Source: Candidatus Babelota bacterium (GTDB lineage: Bacteria; Babelota; Babeliae; Babelales; UASB340). From it: 64,000 nt of DNA. Positions 56,013-64,000 of the stretch are shown here, in pieces; position 1 is the first letter of the stretch, and every line of letters starts with the position of its first letter. The notes under the pieces were generated by a model. It was not told the origin of the DNA, did not search any database, and saw only the letters and a program-made list of their open reading frames with translations. The stretch lies in the NCBI GenBank assembly GCA_014730005.1, contig WJIY01000035.1, forward strand, positions 8,997-72,996. The letters are read 5' to 3'. The translations under genes were made by a program, and so were the position numbers.

Positions 56013-57224
56013 TTAAAAAACCTTCTTAGTCCATTCAAAAGGATCAACAGAAACATTATTAACACGCAACTCCCAATGCAAATGATATCCATTAGCATAT
56101 CCTGTCATACCCAATCTTCCAATAGGATTTCCTTTTTTTACAAAATCACCAACCTCAATATCCGCAAAATCTTCTAAATGACAGTACAATGTTATTACAC
56201 CTACACCATGATCAATAGCAACTGTATTTCCAGTTAATAAAAATCTATCTTTTATAATAATTTTACCATCCTGACTCGCCCATACAACACTTTTTGGATG
56301 ATTTAAAATATCAACAGCCTTATGTAAATATCTTCCCTTTTCAGATGTTGTACGAATTTCACCAAATGGAGTTGCCACCCTTTGTAATTCGATCGGAATC
56401 TCAAATTTTCCTCGCCATAATTTTTTTCTAGAGGAATCTTGTATCCATTTTTCTAAGGCATCTTCTAAAATTTTATTGCTCATGCTTATTTCCTTTTCCT
56501 CCTCAAGTTTTCCCTTTGCTATTTTAAAACCTTTTTGTCGAGGAAAATTAACAGCATTTACTATAATCTTTCCAGTTAATTTTATATTATTTTTAACTTT
56601 ATCAAATAATTCAACTGTCAAAATATATTCATCTGCATTTTGCTCACAATCAATAGGAATAAAACATTCGTAAAGCTTTGAATTTTCAGATTCTGGATAA
56701 CATGAATAAATTTTTTCTAAAAATCTTGCATTTACATCTGCAATTTTTTTATTAGCTTGAATCCTTAAATGAACAGTATGTCCTTGATCAACACGGTATT
56801 CTTGCTGTAAAAAAGTCGCTTTTAAAGGAATATTATCTACAAAAAATTCCAACTTATCATTGCTTTTATTCTGATTATAACTACTATCAATAGCTTCAAT
56901 TTCTAATATATGTAAACCATTTAACAAATTATTAGTATCTATTTTAAATGGAATATTAAATTTTTTATTTCCTATTTGCCTAGGACAATCTAAATTTATC
57001 TCTTCTCCATCTAAAAATGCTCTTACTTGTGCAATTTTATAACTATTATTCGATTTTATATTTCCTTGAATAACTCCCGAATAAAAGCCTTCTCTTTCAA
57101 TTCCTGTAATAATAATTTCAGGAATAACATTATGAGTAAAATAATTGAAAATTGAACTTCCCACCCAAAAAATTACAAATAAAGTTATGATGACGATAAA
57201 TGGAATTTTAAATCTTTTTAACAT
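56013..57224 (-). CDS. Membrane-anchored M23 family metallopeptidase
   Basis: N-terminal TM and a ~250-aa beta-rich middle region. The C-terminal M23 motifs are HKAVDI (HxxxD) and GYHLHWE (HxH). Confidence 0.85.
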   Translation of the reverse strand: MLKRFKIPFIVIITLFVIFWVGSSIFNYFTHNVIPEIIITGIEREGFYSGVIQGNIKSNNSYKIAQVRAFLDGEEINLDCPRQIGNKKFNIPFKIDTNNLLNGLHILEIEAIDSSYNQNKSNDKLEFFVDNIPLKATFLQQEYRVDQGHTVHLRIQANKKIADVNARFLEKIYSCYPESENSKLYECFIPIDCEQNADEYILTVELFDKVKNNIKLTGKIIVNAVNFPRQKGFKIAKGKLEEEKEISMSNKILEDALEKWIQDSSRKKLWRGKFEIPIELQRVATPFGEIRTTSEKGRYLHKAVDILNHPKSVVWASQDGKIIIKDRFLLTGNTVAIDHGVGVITLYCHLEDFADIEVGDFVKKGNPIGRLGMTGYANGYHLHWELRVNNVSVDPFEWTKKVF

Positions 57225-57483
57225 AAATTATTACTCCAAAAGCTAAACTGAAATAAAATTATAAATTTAAATTTTTCGCTATATTTAAAGCAAAGATATG
57301 CATTTATAAACATTAATTAAATAAACACTAATCAAAAAGTTTGAATTCACAAATTTTATTAGCCAATACATATTATATCAAAGCAAATATTTCAACAAAT
57401 AAATTTTTAATAAGATTGACTATTTTATCATAAATTAATTAAGGTAATTATATAAAATAAGGGGATATTTTGGGGGAGAGTAA

Positions 57484-59562
57484 ATGATCAAAAAAAAAAT
57501 AATTTTTTTTGCATCGTTCTGTATTATTATTTCAGTTTTTTATCAATTAAAAAGTCAAAATTTAAAATTCGGTATTTTTGATACAACACATCTTGAAATA
57601 TATAGATACCAGTCATTTAATGAAATTTTAAAATCTGTTGGTTTCGATATCGAATATAACTCAGTTGCAAAAATTTTAGATTCAGATATAAAAGAATTAA
57701 ATCTAGATTCTTATGATGCTATATTATTTCTTATAGATATAGAATTTTTAAAAGGAATTTTAAATTCGTTAGCTTGTCAAAAAATTTTTAGAATAATTAA
57801 TAAATTTGGGAAAAAAACAAATAAATTAATAGGCTTTGCTTTTCCAACTATAGGACAAAAAATACATAACAAAATTCTACTTTTTAGCCCATTTTTCAAG
57901 TCAGTTGGCCTAAATATAAATCCATTCTCCTTTGAAATTGATAAAATTCCAGATAATTTTGATATAAATTCTATTAATCTAGATCAATTAAATAATTCAC
58001 TAAAAAATTTTTTTAATTTCACAAGAAATTTTTTAGATCAACCACTTGAAGCTCGAAGTTTTTTATATCACAAAACACTTGCTTGTCCTACAAAAATCAA
58101 TTTTGCAATAAAATATCCTACTTACACCAATCATTATCTAGCAATTCTGCCCATCAAACATGGATGCCCCTTGCGTTTAGCGCCAACTTTGCCATATGGC
58201 ATTTATTTTTATAATCCGATTATTAAAAATCAGATTTTTATAACGAGCAATTCATTACTTTCTTTTTCTAGCGCATGCGAAAGTTTTCATATATGTCCTA
58301 CAAATTTTAATCTAAGGTATAAAATACATAACTTAATTCAAGAAATGATGTGGGAACTTAAAATATTAATGATAACCAAAAAAAATAATGAATTGAATTT
58401 TGATTATATAAAACAAAATAAAAAACCTAAATTACCCATTTTTCTTTCAAATTTAGAAAAAAATTCAGAATCTAAACCAAAAAATAAGAAATCCATAAAA
58501 ATAGCATGGATGGAAATTAAAATTTTTGAAAAAAATGATCAAGAATCAATCAAACAACAATATCAATTAATTAATGATATATTAAAAACAGGAAATGATA
58601 CTTATCTTTGGATAACATTAAATCCAAATATGTATTTCAGTCCTATTGCCAAACACACAAGCGAAATTAATACTTATCTCAATTCGATTTCAAAATTTAC
58701 AAATCTATTAAAAACAAAATCACAACAATTAAATACTATTCCACCCAAAATACTATTAGGTTATGAAATAACTAATAATATTTATGAGCCAAATTTGCCA
58801 ACCAATTATGCTGTCGATTTATATACAAATAAATATTTAGATCTTCCATCACCTTTAGATGAAAACTTTTGGAACAATGAAATAAAAAAACCATTAAATT
58901 TCTTTCTTGAAAAATGGAAAAATCCAAATATTTCAAATAATATAAAAATTGTGGGCATAGTTTTAGATTTAGAAATGTATTGTAGAAAAATAAGTGGAAG
59001 TTTTTTAGATACAATTGGATTTTCATCTCTATGCCGTAATAAATATAAAACAATAAAAAAAATTACTAAAAATATAAGTATTAATAATTTAATCACAACA
59101 AAATCAATTCAAAATTATTATGATTTTCTTAAAACTGAGGCAATAAATTTAGGAAATAATTTAAAAAACTTTTTTAATGAAAAAATAAAAAATTGCATGA
59201 TAATTTGTTATGCCCCAAACATATCAACCGATTGGTTTTACAAAGCATTTTATCAAGGATTAAGTGACAAAAAAAATCCAATAGAATTATTAACTTTTAA
59301 TTCCATCTTTTACTCACATAAGGATTGGCTTATCAAAAATAATATTTATGCGAATCATTCAAGTGTTTTAATGTTATCAAAAATAAAAAATGAAAGTGAT
59401 TTTTTATGGATTGATCATATATTAAAATATCATGACGGAATTTGGTTAAATAAATTTTCTAGATTTTCTGAAAAAAAGCATAATGATTGGATGGCCATAG
59501 AACAATCACCTATAAACGAAAAAGAAAAAAACAAATTCTTAGAATATTTAAAAAATAAATAA
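57484..59562 (+). CDS. Hypothetical large secreted protein (692 aa)
   Basis: Signal peptide (IIFFASFCIIISVFYQL). I recognise no confident family motif. Confidence 0.55.
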   Translation: MIKKKIIFFASFCIIISVFYQLKSQNLKFGIFDTTHLEIYRYQSFNEILKSVGFDIEYNSVAKILDSDIKELNLDSYDAILFLIDIEFLKGILNSLACQKIFRIINKFGKKTNKLIGFAFPTIGQKIHNKILLFSPFFKSVGLNINPFSFEIDKIPDNFDINSINLDQLNNSLKNFFNFTRNFLDQPLEARSFLYHKTLACPTKINFAIKYPTYTNHYLAILPIKHGCPLRLAPTLPYGIYFYNPIIKNQIFITSNSLLSFSSACESFHICPTNFNLRYKIHNLIQEMMWELKILMITKKNNELNFDYIKQNKKPKLPIFLSNLEKNSESKPKNKKSIKIAWMEIKIFEKNDQESIKQQYQLINDILKTGNDTYLWITLNPNMYFSPIAKHTSEINTYLNSISKFTNLLKTKSQQLNTIPPKILLGYEITNNIYEPNLPTNYAVDLYTNKYLDLPSPLDENFWNNEIKKPLNFFLEKWKNPNISNNIKIVGIVLDLEMYCRKISGSFLDTIGFSSLCRNKYKTIKKITKNISINNLITTKSIQNYYDFLKTEAINLGNNLKNFFNEKIKNCMIICYAPNISTDWFYKAFYQGLSDKKNPIELLTFNSIFYSHKDWLIKNNIYANHSSVLMLSKIKNESDFLWIDHILKYHDGIWLNKFSRFSEKKHNDWMAIEQSPINEKEKNKFLEYLKNK

Positions 59563-59654
59563 ATACATTCAATGTTTATTAAGTAGACAAAAATAACATG
59601 ATTGCTAAATTAATATCCAAATAGACTTAATTATTCTAAAATAAGAGGGACGAA

Positions 59655-59966
59655 ATGGAACTAAATTCTAGCAATTTTGAACAAGAGGTATTAAAATCCG
59701 ACAAACCTGTAATTATTGATGTTTTTGCAACATGGTGCGGACCATGTCAAATGATGGCTCCCATTTTCGAAGAAGTATCAAAAGAAATGGCTGATAAATA
59801 TAAATTTGCTAAATTAAATATAGACGAAGAAAGAGATTTAGCTATAGAGTATAACGTTTCTTCTGTCCCAACAATTATTTTCATAAAAAACGGCAAAATT
59901 ATTGGCAAAGAAACAGGCTATATGGACGCAGATACATTAAAAGAAAAAATTAAAAATATTTTTTAA
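59655..59966 (+). CDS. trxA: Thioredoxin
   Basis: WCGPCQ active site, 103 aa. Confidence 0.95.
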   Translation: MELNSSNFEQEVLKSDKPVIIDVFATWCGPCQMMAPIFEEVSKEMADKYKFAKLNIDEERDLAIEYNVSSVPTIIFIKNGKIIGKETGYMDADTLKEKIKNIF

Positions 59967-60035
59967 TGAAATTTGCTAGATTTATTTTACATAAAAACAT
60001 ATTAATATACAGTTTACACAACTTCATTTTTTTAT

Positions 60036-60063
60036 TTGACAAACAACCTTATTGCCTTATAAT
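60036..60063 (+). promoter_or_regulatory. Consensus sigma-70 promoter upstream of tRNA-fMet
   Basis: TTGACA (60036..60041), a 16-nt spacer, then TATAAT (60058..60063), 57 nt upstream of the tRNA 5' end. Confidence 0.55.
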
Positions 60064-60119
60064 AAAACCAAATTGAGCATTAATATTTTTTTATTTTTTT
60101 CACAATATTGAAATGTCAT

Positions 60120-60196
<77 letters not shown>

Positions 60197-60299
60197 AAAT
60201 TTGTTCATATTTTTCTAATTAGATTTTTTTATAAAAGATTTGTATTTTAAAAATTAAAATAAAATTTTTTACAAAATTTTAACATACAAGGCTTTTGTT

Positions 60300-61088
60300 A
60301 TGTATCCAAGAATATTACAAATCTACGGGCCACTTTGGATAAATAGTTATGGTTTGATGATAACAATTGGTTTAGGTTTATTTTTATATCTTACTTATAA
60401 TAATCCAAAACGCAAACAAATTCTCCCTACAGATATTTTTTTTAATATGATTTTTATAGCATTAATAGCCGGCATTGTTGGGGGAAGAATATTTTTCTTA
60501 TTCTCTGAATGGCATTATTTTTCTCAAAATCCACTTGAAATTTTTTTTCCATGGATTGGCGGTTTTGCTATTTTAGGTACAATAATTGGTATTACAATAA
60601 CTATCTCAATTTATCTTAAATTAAAAAATATTAAAATTTTGCCTACTCTGGATTTAATCAGTTTATATGCACCCCTTCTGCAGTCAATTTCAAGGATAGG
60701 TTGTTTTTTAGCTGGATGTTGCTATGGAATACCTGCCAAAAACTTATTATGGTCTATAACATTTATTCATCCAGAAAGTCTCGCCCCTATAAACATTCAG
60801 CTTCATCCAACACAATTATATTTTTCTGCAGCTTCATTTATTATTTTTATAATTTTATACGCAAAAGAAAAACTCTTATCAAATAAAGATGGACAACTAA
60901 CATTTTTATATTTAATACTGGAAAGCATATCTAGATTTATGCTTGATTTTTGGCGAGGTGATAGAGATTATATTGATAAAATTAAATTGTTAAATAATTT
61001 TTCCTACACTCAATTATTAGCGCTCGGTATTTTTATTTTAGCTTCAATTGGTTATATTATAACATTGAATAAAAAATCTAAATTTTAA
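60300..61088 (+). CDS. lgt: Prolipoprotein diacylglyceryl transferase
   Basis: YGLMITIG, GGRIFF, RIGCFLAGCCYG and HPTQLY blocks are present. Confidence 0.9.
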   Translation: MYPRILQIYGPLWINSYGLMITIGLGLFLYLTYNNPKRKQILPTDIFFNMIFIALIAGIVGGRIFFLFSEWHYFSQNPLEIFFPWIGGFAILGTIIGITITISIYLKLKNIKILPTLDLISLYAPLLQSISRIGCFLAGCCYGIPAKNLLWSITFIHPESLAPINIQLHPTQLYFSAASFIIFIILYAKEKLLSNKDGQLTFLYLILESISRFMLDFWRGDRDYIDKIKLLNNFSYTQLLALGIFILASIGYIITLNKKSKF

Positions 61089-61122
61089 CTGATCTAACCA
61101 TAAAACTTATGAAATTTAAAGA

Positions 61123-62889
61123 ATGTCTCTTTTTGAATATATAAAAAGTCATTTATCAATCACAGATGTAATTAATGAATACGTGCAATTAAAACCCGTC
61201 GGTAATTATTTTAAAGGCCATTGCCCATTTCATTATGAAAAAGATGCATCATTTACTGTAAGCCCAGATAAACAAATATTCTATTGTTTTGGATGTCAAG
61301 TTAGTGGAGACTTGATTTCATTTGTAGCTAAAATCGAAAATATAACTCAATTTGAAGCATTACAAGAATTAATTGATCATTATCAAATCAATGTCCCCGA
61401 AAAAATAAAAAAACAAATTACACAAGACCTCAATAATTCTGAACAAAAACATAATTATTTTAACATATGCAAAGCAATGGCAAATTGGGCTAATTATCAG
61501 CTCTCAATAAATATTAAAGCAAAACAATATTTAACAACCCGTGGTTTTAATGAAAATGATATAAGTTATTTCAACATAGGTTATTTTCCTGGAGGAATAC
61601 ATCAAATTAATAAATTGATTAAAGAACTTGCTAAACAAAGTATTTTATCTAAAGATTTAATTGAAGCAGGAATAATACACCAAGGACAATCTGTTTTATA
61701 TTCGCCATTTGAAGAACGTATTCTTTTTCCTATAAAAGATCAACTTGGCCGATATTGTGGCTTTGGAGGTCGTATATTTAAACCTAATGACCAAAGAGCA
61801 AAATATTATAATAGTAAAGAGAACTCTTATTTTTTTAAAAGCAAACTTCTTTTTGGTTTAGATTTGGCTAAAAAAGACATGCAGCAACAAAACTTTGCTT
61901 TTCTTGTCGAAGGTTATACAGACTGTGTTGCAATGATCAAATATGGATATAAAAATACAGTTGCAACTTTAGGAACCTCATGCACACAAGATCATTTAAA
62001 TATTTTAGCTCGCTATATAAAAATATTGTATGTTATATATGATGGCGACAATGCTGGTCAACAAGCAATTTTACGATTAACCCAACTTTGCTGGGATGTT
62101 AATTTAGAATTAAAAATTATAAAACTTCCAGCAAATCATGATCCCGCCTCTTTCCTTAAAGAAAATGGCAACTTAAATAATTTAATAACTCAATCATATA
62201 ATATTTTTACCTTTTTTATAAAAACTTTAGGTGAAAATTTTTATAAACAAACTCTTGCAGAAAAAATATCCATTAGCAATAAAATAATCGAATTAATATC
62301 CAAAATAGATAATTCAATTAAACAAGAAATTCTATTACAACAAGCCAGTAATACACTTCAAATACCTATAGAAACCTTAAAAATTAATATAAAATGCAAA
62401 AATTCACAAAAAAATACTAATTTTACCAAGAAAAATACCCCAAAAAATGAAAAAAAAATACCAATTCTAGAGGAAAGAATATTTTTTGCTATAATTAATA
62501 GTGTTGAAAATGATAAAAAATTAAAAATAGATAAAGATTTAATACCATATTTTTCAAAAAACATAAGATTGCTGTTAAAAAAATTTAAAGACATATATGA
62601 ATCGCAAAATTCAACACAAAATATTTTTGAAAAACTAATTGATAGTTTAGATGAATCCCAAAAAAAATGGGTTCTTTCAAGTAGTGTAAAATACAATCAG
62701 GATGTTTCTCAAGATCTTTTTGATCAACTTATTGTGCATTTTTGCAAAAAAAATTGGCGCAATATTGTTCAAGATTTAAAAAATAAACTAAGAGAGGCAG
62801 AGAAAGAAAATGATACAAAAAAACAAAAAGAATTATTTAATTTATTTTCAAAATTCAAGCAAAATATAAAAAACCGGGGGTTGATATGA
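61123..62889 (+). CDS. dnaG: DNA primase
   Basis: CHC2 zinc finger (CPFHYEKDASF...CFGCQVSGD), an RNA polymerase core and TOPRIM motifs (VEGYTDCV, YDGDNAGQ). Confidence 0.92.
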   Translation: MSLFEYIKSHLSITDVINEYVQLKPVGNYFKGHCPFHYEKDASFTVSPDKQIFYCFGCQVSGDLISFVAKIENITQFEALQELIDHYQINVPEKIKKQITQDLNNSEQKHNYFNICKAMANWANYQLSINIKAKQYLTTRGFNENDISYFNIGYFPGGIHQINKLIKELAKQSILSKDLIEAGIIHQGQSVLYSPFEERILFPIKDQLGRYCGFGGRIFKPNDQRAKYYNSKENSYFFKSKLLFGLDLAKKDMQQQNFAFLVEGYTDCVAMIKYGYKNTVATLGTSCTQDHLNILARYIKILYVIYDGDNAGQQAILRLTQLCWDVNLELKIIKLPANHDPASFLKENGNLNNLITQSYNIFTFFIKTLGENFYKQTLAEKISISNKIIELISKIDNSIKQEILLQQASNTLQIPIETLKINIKCKNSQKNTNFTKKNTPKNEKKIPILEERIFFAIINSVENDKKLKIDKDLIPYFSKNIRLLLKKFKDIYESQNSTQNIFEKLIDSLDESQKKWVLSSSVKYNQDVSQDLFDQLIVHFCKKNWRNIVQDLKNKLREAEKENDTKKQKELFNLFSKFKQNIKNRGLI

Positions 62890-64000
62890 AAAAAAATAAA
62901 ACTCAACAAAAAAAAAGTTTTTTAAATACTATATCTAAAACAGTATCAAAAGTAGTTTCAAAAGCGCTAAATAAAAATACTAATAAAAAAAATAACATTT
63001 CGGAAAAAACAAAGAATATAAAAACAAAAAAAACATCATTAAAAAGCAAGGTTGAAAAAAAGGATACAAACAAACACAAAAAACAAACCAAAACTATCGA
63101 TAAAAAAACATCTAAACCCAAAAAACTCGATAAAAAAACAATTAAAAAAAACAAACCAATCCGTAGCACAAAACCATCAAATAAAAAAAATGTCAAAAAA
63201 AGAAAAACTGTTTTAAAAAAGAAAAAAAAGACTAAAGCTGATTTTGCAAAACAAGCAAAAAAAATAAGCTCTACTTTTGGTCACGATCTTAAAAAAGAAC
63301 AATCAAAAACAAAAACATCTAAAACCAAAGATGATGTAAAAAAATTACATGAAATTGAAAAACAAGTTGATGCATTAATTGAATCTGGCAAAAACAATGG
63401 TGTTTTAAGTTTCGAAGAAATCATAATGTTTTCAAAAAAACATAAATTAACAGAAGAAGAAGTAAACGAACTACTTCATCTTATGGAAAAAGAAAATATT
63501 GATTTGATTTCTCAAGAAGAACTAGAATCTTCTATTAAAGAATTGGAAAATATTTCTGAAGAAGAATCAACTTTTGACTCAAAAAAAGAGACCGATATTA
63601 AAACTTCTCTTGAAAGGGCAGAAATATCCACGGAAGTCTCCGAAGAAGAATCCTTTGAAAAAGAAGCAGCAGAAAAAATAAAAGCTTTTATTGAACCAAG
63701 TCAACTTAATGATCCTGTAAAATTATATCTCAAAGAAATCGGTAAAATACCTCTTTTAAACAAAGAAACTGAAAAAATTATAGCCGACAAAATAGCTTCT
63801 GGAAAAAAAGAATCTATTGATGCAATTTCACAATTCCCATTTATCATAAAAGAACTATTAGGTATGGAAGAAAAACTAAACAGAGAGCCCTTATTGCTTA
63901 AAGATTTTATACAATTTTCCGATTTTGATGAAGATAATTCTCCTAAATTTGAAGAGGAAAAACAAAAACTTGTCAAGACTATTCATAATATAAGAGACCT
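62886..64000 (+). CDS. rpoD: RNA polymerase sigma factor RpoD, N-terminal part; continues beyond the window, with a Lys-rich N-terminal extension
   Basis: Not in the ORF track because it is open at the window end. The ATG at 62886 overlaps the dnaG stop (ATGA). My translation has no stop to position 64000. A region 1.1-like block (LIESGKNNGVLSFEEI) and region 1.2 (DPVKLYLKEIGKIPLLNKETE) are present. The dnaG-rpoD arrangement supports the call. Confidence 0.85.
   Translation, partial: MKKNKTQQKKSFLNTISKTVSKVVSKALNKNTNKKNNISEKTKNIKTKKTSLKSKVEKKDTNKHKKQTKTIDKKTSKPKKLDKKTIKKNKPIRSTKPSNKKNVKKRKTVLKKKKKTKADFAKQAKKISSTFGHDLKKEQSKTKTSKTKDDVKKLHEIEKQVDALIESGKNNGVLSFEEIIMFSKKHKLTEEEVNELLHLMEKENIDLISQEELESSIKELENISEEESTFDSKKETDIKTSLERAEISTEVSEEESFEKEAAEKIKAFIEPSQLNDPVKLYLKEIGKIPLLNKETEKIIADKIASGKKESIDAISQFPFIIKELLGMEEKLNREPLLLKDFIQFSDFDEDNSPKFEEEKQKLVKTIHNIRD

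Noticed and set aside
58772-59096. Minus-strand ORFs 58772..59053 and 58806..59096
   Set aside because: They overlap each other and lie antisense within the 692-aa plus-strand ORF. Their composition is typical of AT-rich shadow frames.
62887-62889. An alternative genetic code (TGA reassignment), considered because of the extreme AT content
   Set aside because: TGA terminates dnaG at the expected length, and TGA also ends the 9090..9572 ORF. All conserved proteins have normal lengths under the standard bacterial code.
62903-63976. Minus-strand ORFs 62903..63196 and 63701..63976
   Set aside because: They are antisense to rpoD. The poly-Phe/Leu 'membrane protein' is simply the complement of the Lys-rich (AAA/AAG) sigma-factor extension.

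Overview
This is a very AT-rich, densely coding bacterial chromosomal window. I call about 60 protein genes, one tmRNA and one initiator tRNA-Met. I found no rRNA, CRISPR array, transposase or integrase.

Housekeeping genes are recognisable from motifs: kdsC (partial), uppS, gpsA, holB, pgpA, lspA, pheT, uvrB, nrdG-nrdD, pth, prs, lpxD, skp-like, trxB, mlaE/mlaF, secG, tpiA, mreB, murE, dtd, trmB, acpS, comM/yifB, trxA, lgt, dnaG and rpoD (partial; overlaps dnaG by ATGA). The envelope genes (lpxD, kdsC, skp, mla, secretins) indicate a diderm. The gene content is consistent with a reduced, host-associated lineage such as Dependentiae/TM6, but that is inference only.

Most interesting observations:
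- (1) A tightly packed minus-strand block runs gspC-like, secretin, pilM-pilN fusion (GspL-like), pilO/gspM-like, second secretin. It is preceded by a MoxR ATPase and an NtrC-family response regulator whose AAA+ domain has lost the GAFTGA loop, the Walker B acidic pair and the arginine finger.
- (2) A third secretin (pilQ-like) follows pilO/pilP-like genes, with an M23 peptidase where pilMN would normally sit.
- (3) A full-length homologue of the eukaryotic mitochondrial AAA+ protein ATAD3 (coiled coil, TM, AAA) lies in a two-gene module with an unknown membrane protein.
- (4) Two arrays of signal-peptide paralogues flank uvrB. One includes a 140-nt near-identical 5' module shared by two otherwise divergent genes, and a relic copy of the uvrB 3' end marks a segmental duplication.
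- (5) A GC-rich, hairpin-forming intergenic island could be an unclassified RNA.
- (6) rpoD carries a Lys-rich N-terminal extension of about 150 aa.

All functional calls rest on motif recognition by eye. No database search was run.
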